A stretch of DNA of 62,675 nt, the filler included, from Candidatus Fermentibacterota bacterium (GTDB lineage: Bacteria > JAFGKV01), in NCBI GenBank assembly GCA_016928395.1. It is 10 parts of 10 records of this genome, joined end to end, with 100 filler letters (N's around TTAATTAATTAA, not from the genome) between each part and the next. Parts side by side here need not be neighbours in the genome. Positions count along the whole stretch, not along the records: positions 16,220 to 21,191 come from JAFGKV010000066.1; positions 21,292 to 25,402 come from JAFGKV010000068.1; positions 25,503 to 28,675 come from JAFGKV010000070.1; 7 more parts are not named here. One strand, 5' to 3'. The notes below the pieces were generated by a model. The model was not told the DNA's origin. It saw nothing but the letters and a program-made list of their open reading frames with translations, and searched no databases. Position 1 is the first letter of the stretch. Every line of letters begins with the position of its first letter. The position numbers and the translations under genes were made by a program. Of the stretch, positions 18,011-26,459 are shown one piece after another.

Positions 18011-20524
18011 TCAGTTCCTCGCTCCGACTACCGCATCCCGCAGTAGGCAGAGGAGTCTGAGCGTTTCTGCGGCCCTTTCATGGGATGCCGTACCCGAGCC
18101 CGACGACGAGGCGACGTCGCGCCGATGGCGCAGCCCCTCAGACGCGCCCGCCGCCGATTCCGAAAACTCCTTATCAGCCTGGGCCGTCAGCTCATCAAAG
18201 AGGTGCCCATTCCCGGTCATCATGCACATGTGCCGGAATAGCTCCAGCTCGTTGGCACCCTTGAGTTCGGGATACAGAAGTGGGTCGCCGAAACCGGCGG
18301 GACAGACCTCCAGCCGCTTCGTTTCCAGCCCCTTGCGTTTGGCCACGACGCGATAGGAGAATGTGACCGTGCTAGATCCGCCATCCTGCTCGATCACATC
18401 GAAGCCCATCAATCCCCGCTCCACGTACGTAGACCTGCACGGCCCATGCGGCTCGATGAACACGTGCATTGAGCTCGCCCCATCGATCGTCACCGTCTCC
18501 AGGAATACGGGGTCCAGTTCGATGTGACAGCGCCCATCGATAAGCCGCCCTTCGCCGAAGTCCTCAAACCAGTTCTCGGGGCTCTCCTGGCAGTACAAGA
18601 GCGTCGGGCCTTTGGAGGTTCTCACGACGCAGCTCTTTGTGCCCGTGCCGGCAAGGCCGCCTGAGTACCATACGCCGTAGCCGTCAGGAGAATCGCTCTT
18701 CCCGTATACGCCGTAGATCGTGCCGGTCGTGGCCGAGGCATAGCCATACACGGCCCGGGCATACGGAGAGGCGCTGGCGCCGTACACGCCGAAGTTAAGC
18801 CCTGCGGTGCCGGTTGCTTCTCCGTAGACTGCACATCCACCGTAGTTGGACGGAGAGGTGCCGTAGACCCCATAGCTAGTGCCCGTTACACTGGTTGACT
18901 TGCCGTAGACCCCGAACGCGGTCGCTTGGCCGAAGACCCCTCGGCCCTCGCTTCCGGAGGAGTAGCCATGCACCCCGTTTCTCTCGCCGTCGCCCATGGT
19001 GGCCGTACCTTGTACCCCGCAGTTGTACCCCCAGCCATATACCCCCGCACCAACACTGGAGGAGTTCTCTCCTCGCACCCCGTAGGTGGCTCCAGAGGTA
19101 GCGGAAGTCTCCCCATGGACGCCAAAGACCGGCCCTTCTCCGAAAACGCCATACCCGCTGGTTGACGAAGTTCGGCCGTGGACACCGTACACCGTGCCGT
19201 TCGTGCTGAAGGCGTTACCATATACGCCCGTTCCCTCAGGCGAGGCCGCAGTGCCGAACACGCCGGCGGTGCCGCCGGTGGAGCTCGTCGCCTCGCCGTA
19301 GACACCCCTGCCCGAAGGGGACGGGGTCGTGCCCCAGACTCCTCTCACCGATCCAGATGTCGCCCAGGCGTAGCCGACCACACCGCTCCCCGCAGTCGAC
19401 CCGGTATGGAAGTAACCGCCGAATGCAGTGGCGGCTGACCCATGGGTGGCCTCGCCATACACCCCGGCTGCGATCGATGCGGAAGCCTCGCCCCTGACAC
19501 CAAACGTTGCTCCTGTGGTCGAGGTGGCCGCGCCCAGTACACCTGTACCCATTGTCGAAACACTCTGGCCCTTCACCCCGTATGTCTCGCCCTGGGATGA
19601 ACTGGCGAATCCGCTTACGCCGGTTCCTGCGCTGGATGAGCTGCGCCCTGACACGCCATAGGTCAGCCCTTCCGTGGCGATCGCCCAGCCGAAGACACCG
19701 GTACCGGCAGTGGACGAGCTGGTGCCGTAGGCACCATAGGTAGTGCCGGTGCTTTGCGTCACCGTGCCGTAGACTCCGATCCCCGCGGTGGAGAGAGAGG
19801 CCCCCATCACGCCGATGGGCGCACCAGATGTGGCGAAGGCGTAGCCATAGACCCCTCTCCCATCGGGCGAGTTGCTCTGCCCGCGAACACCATTGGTGGT
19901 GCCGGTGGTGGCTGAGGCAAGACCGTACACCCCGTACCCTTGACTCGAGTAGCTCCGACCGTACACACCACGGTTCTCCCCCGCAGTTGCCACAGCCACG
20001 GCGGTCAGACCAGTGCCCTCGGGACAGTCAGTCCTGCCGTACACGGCGTCGGTCGGTCCCGTCGTTCCGGTGTTCTGGACCCAGAGCACCGCCCCGAGAA
20101 GCTCCGGAACGGTCCCGACAATCCGTGTCCCTGGCACCAGCCCGCTGGCCATGTAGGCATAGCCGGTGGACGCCAGGCGCTGGCGAGGAGTCTGGTCCAC
20201 TCCCGCGAGTCTCACCAGCAGCCAGTAGTCGGTGTCGAAGTCCAAGCTCAGCGCTGGCTGTGGGCTCTCACCCAGCAGCACGCTGAAGATGCCGCCGGTC
20301 ACGGCCACGTTCACGGCGCCGCTGTCCCACAGCGGCGTCCCCGCCGTTTCGACATCGTAGATCCGGAACCTCATCGTGTATGGCCCATCGGCCACAGGAT
20401 TCCCCGACGCGTCCGTCACCTTGCCCTGGTAGCTGATGACTTGCGGGATCTCGGCCTGAGTCACCGTTGCCACGGCGGTCAGGAGGATCAGGAAGGACAA
20501 CAGAACGCGATGCGAGGGATGCAT
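18011..20524 (-). CDS. Secreted GVYG-repeat fibre-like protein B
   Basis: Paralog of 16220-17391 with more repeats. Signal peptide, and GAGGAG RBS before ATG 20524. Confidence 0.88.
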   Translation of the reverse strand: MHPSHRVLLSFLILLTAVATVTQAEIPQVISYQGKVTDASGNPVADGPYTMRFRIYDVETAGTPLWDSGAVNVAVTGGIFSVLLGESPQPALSLDFDTDYWLLVRLAGVDQTPRQRLASTGYAYMASGLVPGTRIVGTVPELLGAVLWVQNTGTTGPTDAVYGRTDCPEGTGLTAVAVATAGENRGVYGRSYSSQGYGVYGLASATTGTTNGVRGQSNSPDGRGVYGYAFATSGAPIGVMGASLSTAGIGVYGTVTQSTGTTYGAYGTSSSTAGTGVFGWAIATEGLTYGVSGRSSSSAGTGVSGFASSSQGETYGVKGQSVSTMGTGVLGAATSTTGATFGVRGEASASIAAGVYGEATHGSAATAFGGYFHTGSTAGSGVVGYAWATSGSVRGVWGTTPSPSGRGVYGEATSSTGGTAGVFGTAASPEGTGVYGNAFSTNGTVYGVHGRTSSTSGYGVFGEGPVFGVHGETSATSGATYGVRGENSSSVGAGVYGWGYNCGVQGTATMGDGERNGVHGYSSGSEGRGVFGQATAFGVYGKSTSVTGTSYGVYGTSPSNYGGCAVYGEATGTAGLNFGVYGASASPYARAVYGYASATTGTIYGVYGKSDSPDGYGVWYSGGLAGTGTKSCVVRTSKGPTLLYCQESPENWFEDFGEGRLIDGRCHIELDPVFLETVTIDGASSMHVFIEPHGPCRSTYVERGLMGFDVIEQDGGSSTVTFSYRVVAKRKGLETKRLEVCPAGFGDPLLYPELKGANELELFRHMCMMTGNGHLFDELTAQADKEFSESAAGASEGLRHRRDVASSSGSGTASHERAAETLRLLCLLRDAVVGARN

Positions 20525-20751
20525 GACGACACTCCTCTCGTGCACGTGGTACTACGCCCAGCACCTGCCGTGCACAGACAGGCGCCGGAGGGCAGACCTC
20601 GCCCACATCTGATGCAGCCGTAAGGTACGCTGCGCCGTGGGGATCAGCAAGCGGTCAGCTTCAGCCCCTGCGGTGTCAGGTTCCGGTTTCCTGCGGAGTA
20701 GGACCATTATGACATCCGTCCTAATGCAAGGGATACCGCAGGGGTGCGATT

Positions 20752-20865
20752 GTCATTGCGAGTCCGCCCGAGGACGAAGCAATCCCGGTCGCAGGTGAGA
20801 TCGCCGCGTCCCCAGGACTTCATGCCGTCAGCGTGACCGCGGCAGGCAGGGGTTCTCGCGATGAC
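20752..20865. repeat. GTCATTGCGAG-type palindromic element
   Basis: GTCATTGCGAG...CGAAGCAATCCC...GAGATCGCCGCG...CTCGCGATGAC with near-complementary termini. Confidence 0.6.
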
Positions 20866-20970
20866 CGGAGTGTCCGGCCCATGAGACTCTTCGTCAACTC
20901 ACTCCATGTACGTAGAACCCTACCCGCACGCAGCGACTGGTGCTCGCCACGGGCAGGGCCTTGCCTGTGC

Positions 20971-21189
20971 CTACCTGGACTCCTCGAGGGTCGCCAGCCG
21001 CGCCTCCAGTCTGGTGTTTGATGCCTCGAGTGCTTCCATCCGCTCTCGTAATGCCGTGTTCTCCGTCTCCAGGCGCGCCACCCTGGGGTCGTGCTGCAAC
21101 AGACCCACCGCTGCACTGATCCGCTTCACGCCGCTGTCACTGCTTCCCTCCCACACCTGGCCGAATACCTCGCGGAACTGCGTCGCACT
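20971..21189 (-). CDS. C-terminal fragment of a protein ending in a coiled coil
   Basis: Frame open from the contig edge: SATQFREVFGQVWEG...VARLETENTALRERMEALEASNTRLEARLATLEESR*, with a clear heptad pattern. Confidence 0.55.
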   Translation of the reverse strand, partial: SATQFREVFGQVWEGSSDSGVKRISAAVGLLQHDPRVARLETENTALRERMEALEASNTRLEARLATLEESR

Positions 21190-21191
21190 GA

Positions 21192-21291
21192 NNNNNNNNN
21201 NNNNNNNNNNNNNNNNNNNNNNNNNNNNNNNNNNNTTAATTAATTAANNNNNNNNNNNNNNNNNNNNNNNNNNNNNNNNNNNNNNNNNNNN
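21192..21291. other. Artificial contig linker
   Basis: N44-TTAATTAATTAA-N44. Confidence 0.98.
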
Positions 21292-21294
21292 CGA

Positions 21295-21378
21295 GAGCCA
21301 ACTGCCGGCTGTACTCTCAACCCTGAGAATTCTGAGGGAGCCCGGCGTCCTCAGAGGCCGCACTGAACCCTGAACCCT
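21295..21378. repeat. 84-bp dispersed repeat (copy 1)
   Basis: Identical to 33214-33297. A diverged inverted copy lies at 62510-62590. Followed by AACCCTG heptamers. Confidence 0.85.
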
Positions 21379-21434
21379 CAACCCTGACAACTCAACCCTG
21401 AACCCTGGAAACTGCTCGCAGCGGGGGCCCATTC

Positions 21435-22541
21435 CTATTTCCTCAGCCCCGCCAAAGTGGCGCAGATGCACTGGATCTCATCGTTCTGTAAGGTCGGATA
21501 AGTCGGTAGGCAGATGACCTGACGGCTGATGTCCTCGCTGATAGGGAGTGGCGGACAACGGTAGATGTGCGGCATCTGGCGTGGCGCACGGAAGCCTGGT
21601 CGAGTCTCGATGCCAGCATCGCGCATCTGTGCCATCACACTGTCGCGGCCCTGAGGATAGGCGCGCGGGTCGAGTTTGAGGGCCATCGTCCACACCACGG
21701 GCTCCGCCTTCGCGGTGACCTGCTGCCGGGTGACGCCATCGATGGCGTCAAGGTATGATTCGTAGAGCTCGCGGACCCGCCGCCTCTCCGCAAGGATGGT
21801 GTCAATTCGCTCCAGTTGCGCCACCCCCAAGGCAGCCTGCATGTTGGTGAGGCGGAAGTTGTGGCCGGCCAGCTCGTGCCAGTAGAACACCTTGCGCAGC
21901 ATGCCGTGGCTTCGATAGAGGGCCATTACGTCTCGCAGTCGCTCGTCGGCGGTGACGACCATGCCTCCTTCACCGGTGGTGATGGTCTTGGTTGCCTGGA
22001 AACTGAAGGTGCCGATAGTGCCCATGGTCCCGGCCACACGGCCTCCGTAGCGCGAGGCGAACGCTTCGGCAGTGTCTTCAACCACCGGTATCCCACGCCG
22101 GCCGGCCAGCTCCAGGATGCCATCCATGTCGCATACATTCCCATAAGTGTGCACAGGTACGATCGCCTTGGTTCGCGGCGAGATATGTGCTTCCACTGCC
22201 CCCGCGCACAGGCACCAGGTACCGGGATCCACCTCGGCAAACACAGGTTCCGCGCCGAGCTGAAGGGCTATGTTCGCCACTGCCAGAAACGCGAATCCGG
22301 GCACGACGACTTCATCACCCGCCCCGATGCCCAAGGCTAAGTATGCCATGTGGAGCGCGCTGGTGCCGTTGGAGCATGCCAGGACGTGACCGCCTCCGCA
22401 GAACGCAGCGAAGTCTCGCTCGAACCGGTCAACGAAAGGCCCACCGGATATCCATGTGGATGTCAAGGCCTCCACCACGTACTCCTGTTCCTTGCCCCAG
22501 AAATCGGGCTTTGCCCAAGGGATGAATCGAGGGTCAGCCAT
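21435..22541 (-). CDS. DegT/DnrJ/EryC1/StrS sugar aminotransferase (perosamine synthase-like)
   Basis: SNGTSALH, VHTYG, EDTAEA, SFQATKTITTGEGG (PLP lysine), GHNFRLT. Confidence 0.92.
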   Translation of the reverse strand: MADPRFIPWAKPDFWGKEQEYVVEALTSTWISGGPFVDRFERDFAAFCGGGHVLACSNGTSALHMAYLALGIGAGDEVVVPGFAFLAVANIALQLGAEPVFAEVDPGTWCLCAGAVEAHISPRTKAIVPVHTYGNVCDMDGILELAGRRGIPVVEDTAEAFASRYGGRVAGTMGTIGTFSFQATKTITTGEGGMVVTADERLRDVMALYRSHGMLRKVFYWHELAGHNFRLTNMQAALGVAQLERIDTILAERRRVRELYESYLDAIDGVTRQQVTAKAEPVVWTMALKLDPRAYPQGRDSVMAQMRDAGIETRPGFRAPRQMPHIYRCPPLPISEDISRQVICLPTYPTLQNDEIQCICATLAGLRK

Positions 22542-22592
22542 CGACCGCGACCGCGCCGTAGGGTGTAGTTGCATGCTCTTCCATCACGGAAC

Positions 22593-23588
22593 TCACCCCT
22601 TCTTCCGAAAGATGGCAAACATCTCGCCGGGCAGCAGGAGAGTAATGAACACTCTGGAGAGAAATGTGCGATGCACCAAAGCCTTAGTCACGCCGCCAAC
22701 AACCGGGTATCGTCCCAGCGAGTTGGTCAAGAGCCTCAGGCTGGAGGTGAACGGGTAGGTTCCCATCCATGCCCTCTCGAAACCGTGCATCTCGAACATG
22801 CGGCACAATGACGTAGCAGTGTAGAGTTGGAGATACTGCCCCATGACATACCAGTACTTCCGCCCTAGAATCCGCGCTGGCAGAGATGCCATGTCACCGG
22901 TCCAGACACAGACCAGACCGCCGGGCTTGACCAAGCGCGCCATGGCCGCGGCCTCCTCGTGCGGATGCTCGAACAAACCGATGACGCCCCACAAGGTGAT
23001 GACGTCATACGCGGAGTCTTTGGACACCGCGGGCAGTCGGGACCGGTGCACCCGGAAACCTCTCTCAGTGGCGATCTGGGACGACCACTTGGACAACTCT
23101 ACTCCCTCAACGTCGAAAAAAGCCTGCGCGCTGTCGAGGAAATCCCCCGTGGCACACCCCACGTCCAACAGCCTTCCTCCTGGGCAGAAGCGGTGGATGC
23201 GCTTCACGAGCTTCCTGAAGGTGGCCGCCCGCTCCTCGGTCCGGGCCATGTACGCCGGATCCTCCACACCTTCGTATTCCTTCCACAAGTCTCTTCGGGT
23301 CGGTATCGCGAAGCGATGGGTGCAGCGGCCACACTTCATGATCCGATAGGTACGGCCGTGGTCCGCGCCGAAATCATAGTCAAGACGAGGCACGTCAGGG
23401 CCCAAGGTATCGGGGTAGAGGAGAGTGCATCCGTCAGAGCTGCACACGGGGCAGAGGATCTCCCGGGAAGGGCCCGCACGCGCGCTGCCCCCAGAACTCA
23501 CAGGAGTACCAATCGGTTGAGCCTCGGAACCGCTACCCCTGGCACGATCAGCGGCAGATGATTCCACCTCTTGACTCGATCCACTCAC
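22593..23588 (-). CDS. Class I SAM methyltransferase with N-terminal CxxC zinc ribbon
   Basis: CPVC...CGRC, LLDVGCATG, YDVITLW, VKPGG. GTGA overlap with the upstream gene. Confidence 0.85.
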   Translation of the reverse strand: MSGSSQEVESSAADRARGSGSEAQPIGTPVSSGGSARAGPSREILCPVCSSDGCTLLYPDTLGPDVPRLDYDFGADHGRTYRIMKCGRCTHRFAIPTRRDLWKEYEGVEDPAYMARTEERAATFRKLVKRIHRFCPGGRLLDVGCATGDFLDSAQAFFDVEGVELSKWSSQIATERGFRVHRSRLPAVSKDSAYDVITLWGVIGLFEHPHEEAAAMARLVKPGGLVCVWTGDMASLPARILGRKYWYVMGQYLQLYTATSLCRMFEMHGFERAWMGTYPFTSSLRLLTNSLGRYPVVGGVTKALVHRTFLSRVFITLLLPGEMFAIFRKKG

Positions 23589-24946
23589 TGGGATCGTCCT
23601 TGAGCGCTCTTCGCCTCGTCAAGCCATCGGGTAAGGTCATGGCGCCGCCATCCCCCGGCTCTCTGCACATCTTCCATGCCCACAATGCGCAGCTCGGGAA
23701 GCGGGAGGATGAACTTCCCGCCTCGCCGAAGGAAGTCAGCCTCTCTCTCTACGAAGCAGTCGAAGAAGTGCCAGGGAAGCACGAGGAAGAAATCCGGCTT
23801 CTCTGCTCGGGCCTGCTCCTCCGAAACGATGGGGATATTGGTACCCAGGGTGTGCCGCCCCCACTTCTCCGGATTGCGGTCTGCCGCCTTGTCGATGAGG
23901 CCAGCGTCTATCCCGCAGTATTGAAGAATCGTATTGCCCTTGGTGGAAGCACCATACACGTACACAGTCTTCTGATCGGACTTCAGCGTCTCAAGGCTCG
24001 CCCGCAAGTCCTGCCTCGTCCGCTGGACTGCGGCGCAGAACGCCTCGTAGGGTGCATCGGTGTCGAGACCGCAGAGTCGCTCCTTTACTCTGATGTCTTC
24101 CAGACCCGCAGCCTCCTCGGCGAGCACATCGCCGAAGGAGCGACGGCGCACAAAGAGCCGGAAACTGCCGCCATTGATGTCGTTGAACTCAATGCCGTGC
24201 ACGCGAAAACCCTTACGCTCCAGCATCCACTCGATCTGCCGGAGACCATAGTACTCCAGATGCTCATGGCAGATCGTGTCATAGAGCCCATCATGAAGCA
24301 TGAACGGCAGATACGACAGTTCAATGACCCAGAGGCCGTCATCGGCCAGCATCTTCGCCACATCATCGACGAATCGATTGGGATTCTCCAGATCGTAGAG
24401 CATGGCGACACTGGTAATAACCCTCGCTTTGCACCCGGGATAACGCTCATCAAACGGCTCGAATGAGAAGTAGGTCCCGATGACCTGGACGCCCTTCTCC
24501 TCCGCGAGGCGGGCGACATTGGGCGCGGGGTCAAACCCGACCTTTACGACTCCCGGTGTCGCATAGGAGTCAAGCAACGTGCCGTCGTTGCACCCGATGT
24601 CGACGACGAGATCTCCGGGGCGCAGCAAAACCATTGCCTCGACCCTCTCGACAATCTCGCACAGATTCGCGCGCATGATCTCATTGGTTCCGGAACGGTA
24701 GCCATAGTCAGAGTAGAGAACATCCTGGGCAATGGTGTGGCGCAACTGCACGAGCCCGCACCCGCCCCGGCCGGAACACCGGACCAGTTCCAGGGGATAT
24801 GGCTGAAGCAATGCGGGGGGAACATCGTCTCGCACGAAGATGCTGGCGATATGTTGACTTCCCAAGTCGATCACCGGGCACAAATCAGGCGAACCACAGA
24901 TCCTGCAGGTGGTTCGTACATTCGCCAGCGCACTGTCTGTCGTCAT
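23585..24946 (-). CDS. NDP-hexose C-methyltransferase
   Basis: CRICG zinc site, DIGCNDG, HEHLEYY, YGASTKG and LPW motifs of the TcaB9-type sugar C-methyltransferases. Confidence 0.9.
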   Translation of the reverse strand: MTTDSALANVRTTCRICGSPDLCPVIDLGSQHIASIFVRDDVPPALLQPYPLELVRCSGRGGCGLVQLRHTIAQDVLYSDYGYRSGTNEIMRANLCEIVERVEAMVLLRPGDLVVDIGCNDGTLLDSYATPGVVKVGFDPAPNVARLAEEKGVQVIGTYFSFEPFDERYPGCKARVITSVAMLYDLENPNRFVDDVAKMLADDGLWVIELSYLPFMLHDGLYDTICHEHLEYYGLRQIEWMLERKGFRVHGIEFNDINGGSFRLFVRRRSFGDVLAEEAAGLEDIRVKERLCGLDTDAPYEAFCAAVQRTRQDLRASLETLKSDQKTVYVYGASTKGNTILQYCGIDAGLIDKAADRNPEKWGRHTLGTNIPIVSEEQARAEKPDFFLVLPWHFFDCFVEREADFLRRGGKFILPLPELRIVGMEDVQRAGGWRRHDLTRWLDEAKSAQGRSQ

Positions 24947-25244
24947 ACTGTGCTGATCCTTCCGAATATCCCGTCGGCTCCGGTCTCACCCGGAGGAAGG
25001 CGAGTCATCATGTTCATGCGAGCGCCACATCGGTTCCGGCGCGGCGGCCGCCCCACTGGGCTCGTCGGCGCGGAGAGGTCGCTCCCGGAATCGGACGGCC
25101 CATAGGCAACGAGAGCGGTCGGCGAAGCGCGTGGGAGCACACCATATTTGGAGCAGATGAAGCTGAGATCAAGCCCGGTGTCGCGGGAGGCGCCAGGATA
25201 GGTGCTGCGGCGAGGGTGCGCAACTTCAAAGCGCTTCGCCCATG

Positions 25245-25402
25245 TTCGCGCTTCACAGCGCTCCAACATCGTCCGTACAGCTCATTCCCAATTGTAGGAG
25301 CGGCGTAAGCCGCGAACCCAACCCACCCCTTCGCGCTTCACAGCGCTCCAACATCGTCCGTGCACCGCATTCCCAACTGTAGGAGCGGCTTCAGCCGCGA
25401 AC
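25245..25402. repeat. GTAG-family REP/BIME array (two 73-bp units, 85-bp period)
   Basis: TTCGCGCTTCACAGCGCTCCAAC...GTAGGAGCGGC..AGCCGCGAAC at 25245-25317 and 25330-25402. Confidence 0.8.
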
Positions 25403-25502
25403 NNNNNNNNNNNNNNNNNNNNNNNNNNNNNNNNNNNNNNNNNNNNTTAATTAATTAANNNNNNNNNNNNNNNNNNNNNNNNNNNNNNNNNNNNNNNNNN
25501 NN
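25403..25502. other. Artificial contig linker
   Basis: N44-TTAATTAATTAA-N44. Confidence 0.98.
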
Positions 25503-25697
25503 CACGATATGGCGGCAGCGCAACACGACTTGGGCATTATCGCAGATCATGGGGCGGGGGCAACTACGAATCTCACGGATCGCACGAATGGGGGGAAGGA
25601 ACTGCGAATCTCCGCGAAGGGATCGCCGGTAGAGCAGGAGGTGACGTGGCCCGCAACGACACCAGCGACGCGTTGGAGGATGGTTCCCGGCTCCCGT

Positions 25698-26459
25698 TCA
25701 CGCTCGCCGCCGCGCGCGGTAGTCGTCGCCGTAGACCGAGACAATGGTGCTCAGGGCGCGGTCCTTCAGGCGCGAGGCGATCCGCGGATCGAAGTCGTCC
25801 ACCTCGCCGTTGAAGATGAAGACCGATGGCAGCGCGCGGTTGTACCGGTAGTTGGTGATCTGAAAAATGGTCTGCTGGGCCCAGGGTGTGGCCGACTCGG
25901 TGCCCATGTCGTCGATGATCAGCAGCTCAACGTTGAGGCAGAAATCCAGCAGCTCGTCATGGTCGCCGCTGTCGAAGCCCGAGCGGAGCAGTCGCAGGAG
26001 ATCGGGCATGACCAGGCAGAGAGAGGGCCGCTCGGGATGCGCGTCAGGTCCACACGCGTGGTCGATGGCGCTAGCGAGATGGCTCTTGCCGGTGCCGGGC
26101 GGCCCGTGAAGCACCAGCCAGCCGCGAGGCTCCTTGGCAAAGGCCTGGGCGGCCCGGTACGCCTTCCGGATCGCCGGGCTGACGTCGCGGGTGTTGAAGG
26201 TCGCGAAGGTCTGCTCGGGTCGCGTCACCGTGCAGCTCAAGAAGCGCGCGCGATGCTTCTCGAAGAACGCTATGCGGCGCTCATGCCTTCCGACATGGCC
26301 GCAGCGCGGACAGTTGAGCATCTTCCCGAAGCGTGGGTCGTCCACGGGAACGATAAGCTTCACGCGTCCCAGGCCCCCGCAGAATTCGCACCCGGGGTCT
26401 CCCATCGCGTAGTCCACGTCAGGGCCCCGCGGGCGCGTCACCAGCTCCGAGCGGCTCAT
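25698..26459 (-). CDS. DnaC/IstB-like AAA+ helicase loader
   Basis: CEFCGG...CPRC zinc finger, Walker A GPPGTGKS, Walker B LLIIDDMG, RIASRL. Start probably 26459 or 26477. Confidence 0.88.
   Translation of the reverse strand: MSRSELVTRPRGPDVDYAMGDPGCEFCGGLGRVKLIVPVDDPRFGKMLNCPRCGHVGRHERRIAFFEKHRARFLSCTVTRPEQTFATFNTRDVSPAIRKAYRAAQAFAKEPRGWLVLHGPPGTGKSHLASAIDHACGPDAHPERPSLCLVMPDLLRLLRSGFDSGDHDELLDFCLNVELLIIDDMGTESATPWAQQTIFQITNYRYNRALPSVFIFNGEVDDFDPRIASRLKDRALSTIVSVYGDDYRARRRA

Noticed and set aside
16300-18660. Possible DGR template/variable repeat pair between the two fibre gene C-termini
   Set aside because: Differences are mostly synonymous third-position changes, not adenine-specific. 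Both copies are coding and no reverse transcriptase is present.
25245-25402. Possible CRISPR array
   Set aside because: Only two units, the intervening sequences are nearly identical, the GTAG palindromes are REP-type, and no cas genes are present.
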